From contig JAVZLM010000008.1 in the NCBI GenBank assembly GCA_038883775.1, positions 1 through 64,000 on the forward strand: a stretch of 64,000 nucleotides of DNA. Reading direction: 5' to 3'. The stretch is from Candidatus Bathyarchaeia archaeon (GTDB lineage Archaea; Thermoproteota; Bathyarchaeia; Bathyarchaeales; Bathycorpusculaceae). The notes below the pieces were generated by a model, which did not search any database, was not told the DNA's origin, and saw only the letters and a program-made list of their open reading frames with translations. Both the position numbers and the translations under genes were made by a program. Of this stretch, positions 29,730 through 39,287 are shown in pieces. The stretch's first letter is position 1; the number at the start of each line of letters is the position of its first letter.

Positions 29730-31157
29730 TTAGCCATACCTTACTCCTTGAATGACTTCGTCAATGACGCTGTTGGCTCTTGGAAGGTTGACAAGTAAAA
29801 CTCCAAGCCTATAAGAGCTTTTAAGGGTTCGCAACACTTCCTTTAATAATTGTTTTGGGCGTAGATAGAATTCGCGGAAATGTTCATAAATCATTTGGCG
29901 AATTTCCTCGAAGGGAACCGTGTGCGGAGAAACGCTTGGAACATAAACGCTTGTTTCCCAACATTCTTCTTCATTTATCCACCCCTTAGCCACCAACTCA
30001 TTCCAAATTTCTGTTCCAGAAAAGGCTCCAAGAATGTTTAGGGATGGAACATCAATGTCAAGTTTCTGTGCAAATTTTAAAGTATTCAAAATTTCCTTAC
30101 GTGTCTCGTCTGGAGCGCCTACAATAAAGGAGCCGACAATTACATCTATTCCAGCCTTTCTTGCTTTGCGAACAGCCTCTTCAGATTGATGCGGGGTTAT
30201 CCCCTTCTTATAATAGTCCAAAATTCTTTGGTTTGCACTTTCTATCCCGAAATAAAGTGTGTTACAACCAGCCTTCACCATTTCCCTAAACATGTCATAA
30301 CTACTATTGTCAACCCTTGAATCGCAAATCCATCGAATATCTAACCCCTCCTTCTTCATTCTTTGACAAAGCTTCACCACTCTTTTTCTGTTTAGGGTGA
30401 AGTTGTCATCCACGAAAAGGATTTCCTCATACCCTTGACTTCTTAGGAGATGCAATTCTTCCATTATGTTTTCAACAGACCGGGGTCTCCAAACTCCTCT
30501 TGCAAATTTTCTGCATCCGCAAAAAGTGCAGCGGAAGGGGCAGCCGCGGGACGAGAGGACTGTTGTGAATTTTTTTGTTGCAACTTTCACTCCAAAAATT
30601 GTTGATGTGTATTCTGCATTCATTAATTTTCGGTCTGGAAAAGGGAGTTCATCAATATTTCTTATTAAAGGTCTGTCTGGGGTGGAAACAATTTTTCCGT
30701 TATGGCGGAAGGTTATTCCATCCACTTCTCTGAGGTCTCCGCTTTTTTCTAAGCATTTTGCTAAATCAAGGCATGCGTATTCGCCTTCTCCCCTAACAAT
30801 AATATCCACAGCCGGATACTTTCTGAGAATTCTTTCAGCGTTAAAAGTTGCATGATAGTTTCCCATAACAATTGTAATGTTTGGATTCTCCTTTTTGACA
30901 AGTTCAGCAATTTTTGGCGCTTCTTTCGCTGCACTGTGCAAGACGGAAAAACCTAAAATGTCAGGGTCTTCCCTCTTAATCCAGTCTACAGCTTTTTCGT
31001 GACTTAAGCCCAAGGCGCTTTGGTCAAGCATGGACACCTCAATGCCTTCTTTCATTAAAACTCCAGCAATATACAACATGCCCAACGGTGGCCACGCTTT
31101 CGTGCACATTTCCAAACCGCCCGGCGACTGACTGGGGTTTATGAATGAAAACTTCAT
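29730..31157 (-). CDS. Cobalamin-binding radical SAM protein
   Basis: PPLG, GNYHAT, RGEGE, SRGCPFRCTFC, DDNF. Confidence 0.93.
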   Translation of the reverse strand: MKFSFINPSQSPGGLEMCTKAWPPLGMLYIAGVLMKEGIEVSMLDQSALGLSHEKAVDWIKREDPDILGFSVLHSAAKEAPKIAELVKKENPNITIVMGNYHATFNAERILRKYPAVDIIVRGEGEYACLDLAKCLEKSGDLREVDGITFRHNGKIVSTPDRPLIRNIDELPFPDRKLMNAEYTSTIFGVKVATKKFTTVLSSRGCPFRCTFCGCRKFARGVWRPRSVENIMEELHLLRSQGYEEILFVDDNFTLNRKRVVKLCQRMKKEGLDIRWICDSRVDNSSYDMFREMVKAGCNTLYFGIESANQRILDYYKKGITPHQSEEAVRKARKAGIDVIVGSFIVGAPDETRKEILNTLKFAQKLDIDVPSLNILGAFSGTEIWNELVAKGWINEEECWETSVYVPSVSPHTVPFEEIRQMIYEHFREFYLRPKQLLKEVLRTLKSSYRLGVLLVNLPRANSVIDEVIQGVRYG

Positions 31158-31261
31158 TTCCCATCACATGGCACATCAATTATTTTAAACAGATAAAATA
31201 AGCTTTGCCCGAAAATGGCAAAGTTAATAGGAACACGCCTTCTTTTTCAAAGTGAAAGGAA

Positions 31262-33421
31262 ATGCGGAGATTCAAACAGACAAACGGAATTCTCAAGTTG
31301 ATGCACAAAAAAGAGGCTATACGTAACATAGGAGTAATTGCCCATATAGACCATGGAAAAACAACAATGACAGACTCCCTTCTGGCTGAAGCAGGATTGC
31401 TATCGCCGACCATGGTGGGTTTCAGAGTCCTAGACTATCTCGAAGAAGAACAAAAACGTGGAATAACTATCAAAACAGCAAATATCTCCTTACTTCACGA
31501 AATGCAAGGCAATTCCTACGTAATCAATTTGGTTGATACACCGGGTCATGTGGATTTCACTGGAAAAGTTGCAAGGGCATTGCGTGCAATAGACGGCGCA
31601 ATTGTTGTAGTTGATGCTGTGGAAGAGATTATGGCTCAAACAGAAACGGTTATCCGCCAAGCCATAGAAGAAAGAGTCAAGCCAGTTCTTTTCATAAATA
31701 AAGTTGACCGCCTAATTGAGGAGATTAAGCTTTCAGAAAAGGAAATTCAAAACAAATGCGCACGTATAATCAACGACTTCAACAATTTAATCGAAATTTA
31801 CGCGGAACCTCAATTTAGGAAGAAATGGAAGGTTAACCCAGAAAAAGAAAGCGTCGCCATAGGCTCAGCCCTCCACAAATGGGGCTTGACGGTGCCAATT
31901 GCCGACAAAAAAGGAATGAAATTCGCTGATTTGGTAGACGTTTATGAAAAGAAAAGGCATGAAGAATTGTCCCGTTTGATTCCTCTACACAATGCGATAT
32001 TAAACATGGTGGTTAAAAACATTCCAAACCCAGCTGAAGCCCAAAAGTATCGAATACCAAAGATTTGGAAAGGCATGATAGATTCGGAAATAGGTAGGGC
32101 AATGTTAAACTGCGACGAAAATGGACCAGCAACAATGTGCATAACAAATGTGCAATTCGACATAAATGAAGGACTAATTGCAACAGGAAGATTGTTTTCT
32201 GGCTCACTAAAAGAGGGAGACCATGTCTATTTGGTTAATGCGGGAAAAGAATGCACCGTTAAACAAGTTTCGATTTATATGGGTTCTTTTAGAGAAAAAG
32301 TTAACGAAATCACCGCCGGTAACATAACCGCCCTCTACAGTCTGGATTCGGCGAGGGCTGGAGAGACGCTTGTTGACGTAAAATGTAAGGGGGTTATGGT
32401 TCCTTTTGAGCGGACAAGATACATTTCAGAACCAGTGATGACAATAGCTGTTGAGCCTAAAAATCCAAAAGATTTGCCACGCCTAATCGAAGCTATGAAT
32501 AGGTTTTCCATAGAAGACCCAAACATCATCGCCACCATAGACAAGGAAACGGGACATTATTTGTTAAGTGGGATAGGCGAACTTCAATTAGAAATCGCCA
32601 TGAAACTCCTTACTGAATACAGCGGAGGAATAGAACTATCCTCGTCAACTCCAACAGTCACCTACAGAGAAAGCATCACAGCAAAAGGTGCAACCGTCAC
32701 CACGAAAACGCCAAACAAACAAAACAGTTTTCATGTTCAGGTGGAACCATTAGAAAAGGAAATTCTAGAATTAATCGAGAAAGGCGAATTTACAGAGGAA
32801 ATGGCTGAAAAATTTTATGCCTTAAACAAGTATGGGAACATGTTTGTGAACTTAACAAATAACATAAGCGTAGAAAAAGTAAAGGAAAGCATAATTTTGG
32901 GGTTCAACTGGGCATGCGGAAGAGGACCCCTCTGCGAGGAACCATTAAGAGGAGTTAAAGTCAATTTGGTTGATGCTGAAATTCGCGAAGACCCAAAATT
33001 GCATGAAACAGCCCAAGTCATGCGAGCCATAAGCCGCGCCATTTTAGGCTCAGTCTTAACAGCAAAACCCATCCTTCTCGAACCAATCTACAAAATTGAA
33101 GTTTCCGTTCCAACTCATTGGTTTGGCACGTGCTCAAACATCATAACCCGCAGACGCGGAAAAATACAGGCTACAGAAAACAGAGGAATCTTGACAATGA
33201 TTGAAGGATATATTCCAGTCGCAGAAACTTTTGGCTTATCCGCGGAGTTACGTTCAGCAACTTCTGGACGAGCCTTTTGGCAATGCACCTTCTCCCACTG
33301 GGAAAAAATCCCAGAAAATGTCGCTGCAGAAATTATAAAGCAAATTCGTGCAAGAAGAGGCTTGCCGCCAAAAATTCCAAAACCAGAAAAATTCATAAAC
33401 GAAATCCAAAACGCACATTAG
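31262..33421 (+). CDS. Elongation factor 2 paralog (aEF-2p) lacking the diphthamide HRG motif
   Basis: AHIDHGKTT, RGITI, DTPGH, NKVD, LRSATSGRA; domain IV loop reads EDPKLHETAQ. Confidence 0.9.
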   Translation: MRRFKQTNGILKLMHKKEAIRNIGVIAHIDHGKTTMTDSLLAEAGLLSPTMVGFRVLDYLEEEQKRGITIKTANISLLHEMQGNSYVINLVDTPGHVDFTGKVARALRAIDGAIVVVDAVEEIMAQTETVIRQAIEERVKPVLFINKVDRLIEEIKLSEKEIQNKCARIINDFNNLIEIYAEPQFRKKWKVNPEKESVAIGSALHKWGLTVPIADKKGMKFADLVDVYEKKRHEELSRLIPLHNAILNMVVKNIPNPAEAQKYRIPKIWKGMIDSEIGRAMLNCDENGPATMCITNVQFDINEGLIATGRLFSGSLKEGDHVYLVNAGKECTVKQVSIYMGSFREKVNEITAGNITALYSLDSARAGETLVDVKCKGVMVPFERTRYISEPVMTIAVEPKNPKDLPRLIEAMNRFSIEDPNIIATIDKETGHYLLSGIGELQLEIAMKLLTEYSGGIELSSSTPTVTYRESITAKGATVTTKTPNKQNSFHVQVEPLEKEILELIEKGEFTEEMAEKFYALNKYGNMFVNLTNNISVEKVKESIILGFNWACGRGPLCEEPLRGVKVNLVDAEIREDPKLHETAQVMRAISRAILGSVLTAKPILLEPIYKIEVSVPTHWFGTCSNIITRRRGKIQATENRGILTMIEGYIPVAETFGLSAELRSATSGRAFWQCTFSHWEKIPENVAAEIIKQIRARRGLPPKIPKPEKFINEIQNAH

Positions 33422-33447
33422 GCGTATAGTAAAAACGTGAAGTAAAC

Positions 33448-34320
33448 ATGAAAATTTGGTTGAACCCTTCATGCCTCTTCAATTTGGATGTGACACTTTG
33501 TTGTGGACAAGCCTTCAGATGGGATAAGCATAGTGGATGGTGGTATGGCGTAGTTGGAGGAAAGGTTCTGAAAATACGTCAGATTGACGACTTGTTGGAA
33601 TTTGAGAATGCTGATGCGGATTTTGTTAAAAACTATTTTGGGTTAAATGATAATTTGCCTCATATTCTTTCAGAAATAAGCAAAGACGAAAACATAAAAA
33701 AAGCAGTTAAAATGTTTAATGGTTTAAGGATTACTCGCCAAAATCCTTGGGAATGCCTAATCTCCTACATCTGCGCCACATACAAAAACATTTCAGCAAT
33801 AAAACAAATGCTATTTAACCTTTCCAAAAAATTCGGAGAAGAAATTCATTTTGAAGGACAAAAGTTCTATACATTTCCCACACCAGAAGGGCTGGCGAAA
33901 GCTGCAATCCAAGAATTAGCCAGTTGCGGACTCGGCTACAGAGTTAGGTATGTGGCTGAAACAGCTAAAGTGGTTTATGAAAACCATTTTGATTTGGAAA
34001 GTTTAAGAAATATGAGCTATGAAAAGGCAAGAAAAGAATTGTTAAAATTTAGTGGTATAGGCTTAAAGGTGGCAGATTGTGTTCTCCTATTCTCTTTGGG
34101 GAAGCTTGAAGCCTTTCCGGTGGATGTTTGGATAAAGCGTGCCATCCTCAAATATTATGCAAACCATTTTCCAAAAGAGTTTATATGGAAAATTTCTAGT
34201 AAAAAATCACTTAGCAATGCGGAATATGAGAAGTTAAATTTGTTTGGGAGAAAATATTTTGGAGAATATGCGGGGTACGCCCAAGAATACCTCTATCACT
34301 ATGAAAGAACAAGAGGCTAA
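33448..34320 (+). CDS. 8-oxoguanine DNA glycosylase (Ogg1-like HhH-GPD)
   Basis: TLCCGQAFRW, GLGYR, GIGLKVADC, FPVDVW, YAGYAQ. Confidence 0.92.
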   Translation: MKIWLNPSCLFNLDVTLCCGQAFRWDKHSGWWYGVVGGKVLKIRQIDDLLEFENADADFVKNYFGLNDNLPHILSEISKDENIKKAVKMFNGLRITRQNPWECLISYICATYKNISAIKQMLFNLSKKFGEEIHFEGQKFYTFPTPEGLAKAAIQELASCGLGYRVRYVAETAKVVYENHFDLESLRNMSYEKARKELLKFSGIGLKVADCVLLFSLGKLEAFPVDVWIKRAILKYYANHFPKEFIWKISSKKSLSNAEYEKLNLFGRKYFGEYAGYAQEYLYHYERTRG

Positions 34321-34676
34321 ATGAGGTTTTTCTTCTTTAAAATTTCAGCTGCTTGGTTCCCATTGGTTGTTGTGATTGATATGGCTTCAGAAACAAGCGG
34401 CATGAGATTTACGTAACTATGCTCTTTAATGTGGTTGACGATTTCATTAAGCTTGGCATTAACGTTTTGAAAGCCTTCAACTCCTGAAGCGTTTGCGGCA
34501 ATGTTAACTTCATGAATCAAAGCATTGAGATATGCCAGTAAAAGTTTCTCCGCTCCCGCTATCTCCTCATTTTTCATACTGCCTAAAACTTCCAAAAGGC
34601 TGGCGGTTATAATCAAATTTGACTTTATCTTTTCCGCATAGTGAAAAGCAATTATGGTTTTTTTAATTTCTGACAA
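34317..34676 (-). CDS. Hypothetical helical protein
   Basis: 119-aa ORF with native-like composition. Confidence 0.6.
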   Translation of the reverse strand: MSEIKKTIIAFHYAEKIKSNLIITASLLEVLGSMKNEEIAGAEKLLLAYLNALIHEVNIAANASGVEGFQNVNAKLNEIVNHIKEHSYVNLMPLVSEAISITTTNGNQAAEILKKKNLI

Positions 34677-34735
34677 GGCATTTTCTCTCGAACAAAAATA
34701 AGCCTATAACTGGATAAGCTTTTTGTCATTCAAGC

Positions 34736-35017
34736 CTATTCAGCAGAAGCTCTCCTTCGCCATTTTTCAATCCTTTTCGCGACTTCATCCTCAAGCTTTT
34801 TCCTAGAAATAAGGCGCCCCCGTACTATAACCTCATCGTCCAGGGCTATGCTTGGAGCGCCCACAATTTCAAGGGCTAAACCTTCCTTAAAACCCTCCTC
34901 AGTCGCCATATTTACTTCCCTAAAAGGAATACCAAACTTTTCCGCAACCTCTCGTGCAACAATTTTAGCTGTTGGACAAACAGGGCATGTGGGCAAAGTG
35001 AAAACCTTCAACTCCAT
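34736..35017 (-). CDS. Thioredoxin/glutaredoxin-like protein
   Basis: CPVC and cis-Pro GAP motif. Confidence 0.9.
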   Translation of the reverse strand: MELKVFTLPTCPVCPTAKIVAREVAEKFGIPFREVNMATEEGFKEGLALEIVGAPSIALDDEVIVRGRLISRKKLEDEVAKRIEKWRRRASAE

Positions 35018-35131
35018 TTGGCTCCTCTCTCCAAAACACGATTTTATAAGGGAACAACTTTTAAACCTTTCATAATTTTTGCTTTAAAGCGGAAAACGTT
35101 TAAATTAAATTAAAAATAGCATAATTAAAGG

Positions 35132-35206
35132 GGGCCCGTAGCTCAGCACGGTTAGAGCGACAGGCTCATAACCTGTTGGTCCCCGGTTCAAATCCGGGCG
35201 GGCCCA
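35132..35206 (+). tRNA. tRNA-Ile2(CAT) (probable; agmatidine-modified)
   Basis: GGGCCCG acceptor typical of archaeal Ile tRNAs; ACAGG-CT-CAT-AA-CCTGT. Confidence 0.85.
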
Positions 35207-35210
35207 TTGC

Positions 35211-35693
35211 TTATGCTTCTTTCAGCTTTTTAACAAGGCTAGCTGTTCTTTTTCCAAGTTCACGGCAGTTCTCGAGTTCTTTCTTATCGGGTGACTCCAC
35301 CGCTGCTGCACCATAATGTTTGTTGTTTGCTCTTCCTTGGACTATCATGCCGTGAACTAGCATGGCTTGGATTATTGAAATTAACGTGGTTTCTGCGCCT
35401 GTGGCTGTTCCACCCGAACTCGTGAAGGCGGCACCAACTTTTCCTTCGAGTTTTCCATGGATTCTAACAGACTCGTCGATTAGCGCCTTAAGCTTAGCGG
35501 ACATTTGCCCATAATACGTTGGCGAACCCATTATTATTCCATCAGCCATCAGCAAATCATCGAGGCTTGTCTGGTCAGCTTTCTTAACAACTACTTCAAT
35601 GCCTTCCACTTGTTTTGCTCCTTCAGCCACAGCCAACGCCATTTTTTCAGTATTGCCAGTTTTAGAATCATAAACCACAAGGACTTTTGCCAT
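35211..35693 (-). CDS. WrbA-like flavodoxin / NAD(P)H:quinone oxidoreductase
   Basis: YDSKTGNT, GSPTYYG, GKVGAAFTSSG; start moved to MAKVL. Confidence 0.9.
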   Translation of the reverse strand: MAKVLVVYDSKTGNTEKMALAVAEGAKQVEGIEVVVKKADQTSLDDLLMADGIIMGSPTYYGQMSAKLKALIDESVRIHGKLEGKVGAAFTSSGGTATGAETTLISIIQAMLVHGMIVQGRANNKHYGAAAVESPDKKELENCRELGKRTASLVKKLKEA

Positions 35694-36043
35694 TTCACTA
35701 TTCACTCTCAGAATGAATGCTATAACAATTTTGTATATTAGTTTTATGAGCAAGAAAGTGAATAGAAGATTTTTCCATAAGCTATAAGTGTTTAAATCGC
35801 ATTAAAACTTCATGAGGAGAATGGCGGAATCTTATAAAGGGAGAAAGGAGAGAAGGGAGAAAAACAGTCATTCTACCATTCTCCTCATACATCATTCTTC
35901 ATTATGCATACACATGTTGCTTTTAAACTTTTCTTTGAATTTCGGATTTAACCTCAAATAAGTGTACTTCAAAGGTTTATTTCCAACCGCATTTCGGTGG
36001 TTTAGTAAGCTTAATAACGCTTTTTCAATGACGAAAAACATTT

Positions 36044-36090
36044 TGGTGCGGTCGCCGGGATTTGAACCCGGGTCGTCAGCGTGGCAGGCT
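36044..36090 (+). repeat. att site copy (3' 47 nt of tRNA-Gly including CCA)
   Basis: TGGTGCGGTCGCCGGGATTTGAACCCGGGTCGTCAGCGTGGCAGGCT is identical to 38977-39023. Confidence 0.97.
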
Positions 36091-36894
36091 CATCCTACCA
36101 TTGATTACCATCAAGTTAAGGCAGGGTTCATTGATTATTTAGAGTCGCACAAGTTTAACAGGCGATATATTAAATGCATCTTAAGTTACCTCGATAAATA
36201 TGCAACAATAATCGCTGAACCGTCCGACATTCATAAAATGTTCTCAAAGTTAACTGTTGGGCAGCAGCATAATCTTAATCGTGGCATACGCAACTTACTC
36301 AATTTTATGCAGACGCAAGGTTATCCAGAGGATTACCTTAACTTGTTGCGTAAGAGCATACCGAAAGAGCATATCGGCGTAGACCTTAAAGTGCCCGAGG
36401 AATGCGACATTGTTAAATCACTTAAAATGTTAAATAAAATTGCTCCCAAATATTCTGCGCTCTATAACCTATTGCTGGACAGCGGATTAAGGTTAATTGA
36501 GGCAATCGAGACAATTAACAACTTTAAAAATGCAGAGGGTGTTAACGGATTTTATCGTATAACTGTTGGTATGTTCAGGAACACTAAACAGGCATATTAT
36601 GCATACCTTACGGACACAACTTATAATCAATTACTCAATTTGAGCGAATCAATAAATCCTCTCGCTGCATCGCATTATTACCTTAAATATGGACTTGTCG
36701 CACCCAAGTATCTGCGCAAGTTCGCCTTTGACAAAATGGTTCAACTTGAGATTCCTGAATCAGTTGCCGATTTTATCGAGGGCAGAGTGGCTAAACGCAT
36801 CGGCGCTAAACATTACATGGCGTTAAGGCGTCAGGCGGACAATTGGTATAGTCGGTATGCAGATTACCTTAATAGCCTACGCAGCCGACTTTAA
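36044..36894 (+). CDS. Integrase C-terminal fragment Int(C), SSV1-like tyrosine recombinase
   Basis: SGLRL, KYLRK, FIEGR, KHY catalytic motifs; begins within att (VRSPGFEPGSSAWQA). Confidence 0.92.
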
Positions 36895-37081
36895 CCCCTC
36901 TTTCTTTATTGAGGCTCCATAAAATCGCTAATCGAAAATCTCATCCGTGCAACATATATTAAATCGTAGGATGCGGGCAGAATGTTAATCATACTCTGCA
37001 AGGCGGAAAATTCTTGACGAAAATCAGAGCGCAACTGAGCTAGGCTGTCGATTGTTCTGCTGTGTCATACTCTTGCGGTGG

Positions 37082-37690
37082 CATAAATCTCGTTGATTTC
37101 GTTGAACAGGGTTAAAATCTTGTGTCTTGTGCACAACGATTTTAAAGACTCTCACCGCCTACTCCCCTTTCGGACACCTAGGTTAAAATTCGTGTGCACT
37201 GAACACAAGATTTTAACGCTGATTTAAAATTGCAACGAGATTTATGAGAACGCTCTCTGCATCGGGTAAATCTGCAATGCCTCTGTGGTTCTGAATTATT
37301 TTAAAATCTCATCAGCTCAACATATTGTAAAATTGAAAAATTGTAGCTCGTATAAGAAAGATCACCCTTTAACACCCTCTTATTTTTCGTCACTCAATAA
37401 GATTATTAAAGGTGAAGCGCAATTTTTCCTAGACGGGCTACAATTTTACAATTTTACATATTCAGGTTCCGCATCGGGTAAATCTGCAATGTTTCTACCT
37501 TTCAACCTTGGTAGGATATAGGGCACGTTAAGACGCACATTTTCACAGACCTATTCTCTCAAGGTAGAAAGGTTGAAACAATGTCTCTCCGTTTCATCAG
37601 TTACAGAATACCTATCAGAGTGAGTCGAGATTTACGCTATACCTATCCTCTAACGTGTGAAGCGAAGAGACATTGCAGCAATTGAACCCG
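37082..37690. repeat. Block of four long imperfect inverted repeats with a repeated 21-bp core (37259-37279, 37471-37491; inverted variant 37671-37690)
   Basis: IR arms 37082-37095/37233-37246, 37111-37125/37203-37217, 37326-37351/37433-37458, 37492-37510/37560-37578 and 37579-37588/37666-37675 (the first two pairs are nested in one hairpin). Confidence 0.88.
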
Positions 37691-38465
37691 TAACCGTAGT
37701 CCTGCAATGACCCTGCGTTTCTGCGCCATAATCAAGGAGCGATTTAGGTTTAGGTTTTATCAAGTTCGCTAATTCTTTAACCGGCTCTAATTGATTTAAC
37801 GGTTTAACCATACCATCATAGTTAGGAGTAATTTTCTCACCTTTATGACTAATTTTCCAACCATTCTCTCCTGCTAAAATTGTTTTAACTTTATCGAAGC
37901 CTCATATCTTACATTCGCCAATGTCAGCGTTTTTAACTTGTTCAGGGTTGGTTATCTCTTGTGGCACGTCGCTTCTAGCGTCAAAAATGTACCATCTTTC
38001 TTTGCCTTTATGATAAACTTTAGCAATGCAATTAAACCGTTTTATTTGCACTTGGACGAAATAGTCACTTTCCCTCTTATGTTTTGTATGTATTGGAAAC
38101 ACCGCATAAGTATGAAAAGGTCTCGCAGACCCAATCTCAAAAGTTAACCCATTGTCAAGTTTAAAGTCCCATGGTCGCCTATCTTTATCTTCTTCCCAGT
38201 AATTAGGTTTTCTTTGATTCCATTGATAATCTTTACCAGGTTTTAACTTCGCCTCTTTAAGAAACTGATTAAACGCTAATTCTGCCGCTACCCCTAACAT
38301 ATTCTCTATGGGTCCTTTATGAGGATAACCCCTTTTATCATATTCTTTAATAGCAATTGACACTTGCTCTTCAAGGAAATTCTTGTCGATGTTTTCGATG
38401 ATAATCTCCCCGTTTAATGGATGAGTTGAGTCTTTCACTCTTGCACGCCATATCTTTTGTATCAT
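37650..38465 (-). pseudogene. Putative PD-(D/E)XK nuclease-like protein with an in-frame TGA at 37902-37904
   Basis: LGVAAELAF...PWDF...FEIGS, then SDYFVQV...CKI*GF; the frame stays open for 83 more codons. Confidence 0.6.
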
Positions 38466-38632
38466 TGTTTAGTCGCCTCTATGATTAACCGTTCTCCATC
38501 AATGCGAATCTTAACAGAGTCACCGTCTTTGAATGGGAACGTCGAATCAATCACTAAATCCGCTGGGACATAAATTATGCCCGTTCTGCCCCGCATTGGC
38601 GTTTTGAACGTGCCGATAGCCTCTTTAACCAT
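38462..38632 (-). CDS. AbrB/MazE-type swapped-hairpin DNA-binding protein (56 aa, not in ORF track)
   Basis: MVKEAIGTFKTPMRGRTGIIYVPADLVIDSTFPFKDGDSVKIRIDGERLIIEATKQ; GGTGA SD; ATGA overlap with the nuclease gene. Confidence 0.8.
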   Translation of the reverse strand: MVKEAIGTFKTPMRGRTGIIYVPADLVIDSTFPFKDGDSVKIRIDGERLIIEATKQ

Positions 38633-38753
38633 TTTACCATCACCATTATACGTAAAGGCATAGCGATATTTAAAGATTACGAATATTTTACCCGATACTT
38701 TATTCGATAACTTTAAATATGGCGATGGCTACATTATAATCGAGGATGATAAA

Positions 38754-39023
38754 ATGTTAAGTAAGGTCGAATTAGATTACCTTAAATCGCCAGACGCATT
38801 TAACCCAGATTATCAGCGAATCTTACGTTATCGTATCCGCCATAAAGTTGAACGCCTCAAAGTTATAATGCCATTGTTGGAGGCTAACGGTTTCAGCGTT
38901 ATAAATAATTGTAACAGCGTTACGGAATCTTATAACGGTCAACGGAGCGTAAATCAGACTCTTTTCGATAAAAGAATGGTGCGGTCGCCGGGATTTGAAC
39001 CCGGGTCGTCAGCGTGGCAGGCT
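38754..39023 (+). CDS. Integrase N-terminal fragment Int(N)
   Basis: Ends in the same att-encoded peptide VRSPGFEPGSSAWQA, in the same frame as Int(C). Confidence 0.9.
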
Positions 39024-39054
39024 GATGTCCTAGACCAGGCTAGACTACGACCGC
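38977..39054 (-). tRNA. tRNA-Gly(GCC) with encoded CCA; integration target
   Basis: GCGGTCG...CGACCGC-A-CCA; TCAGC-CT-GCC-AC-GCTGA. Confidence 0.96.
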
Positions 39055-39287
39055 TTTGAGATGATTATAACGTTTTTCTTTATTTCTTTTTCTTAAAAAT
39101 GTAACATTACCAAGCGTAGTACAAGCTTGGTAGAAATCAGCCTTATGTTGACGATTTGAAATTAAAATCCTCTGTTATAGCTAACCAACTCAAGTAAGGA
39201 AGGTTTCATCTATTTTTAACGAAAAAATTAAAAGTGTGACGGATATTTTGCTCTTTCTAAACATCTCATGGAAGTGAAAGCAAACAA

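Larger units (their letters stand above)
36044..39023. mobile_element. Miniature SSV1-type integrative element in tRNA-Gly(GCC); 2,933-bp excised circle
   Basis: Identical 47-bp direct repeats at both ends and a split tyrosine integrase. Confidence 0.93.

Noticed and set aside
35840-35865. AGGAGAGAAGGGAGAA shared with ~27680
   Set aside because: It is a low-complexity purine tract with no flanking similarity.
35962-36043. N-terminal extension of the 310-aa integrase ORF
   Set aside because: It lies outside att and is host sequence that happens to be open. The true N-terminus is at 38754.
37295-37320. CTGATGA on the minus strand (also ~37595-37601) as a hammerhead ribozyme or C/D box core
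   Set aside because: I could not build the required stem II-GAAA-stem III arrangement or a proper C/D pairing by eye.
37259-37491. Possible CRISPR array from the 21-bp repeats
   Set aside because: There are only two direct copies, 212 bp apart, the intervening sequence is a long hairpin, and no cas genes are present.
37285-37521. 78-aa ORF inside the element
   Set aside because: It runs through inverted repeats, has no SD or recognisable motifs, and is probably incidental.
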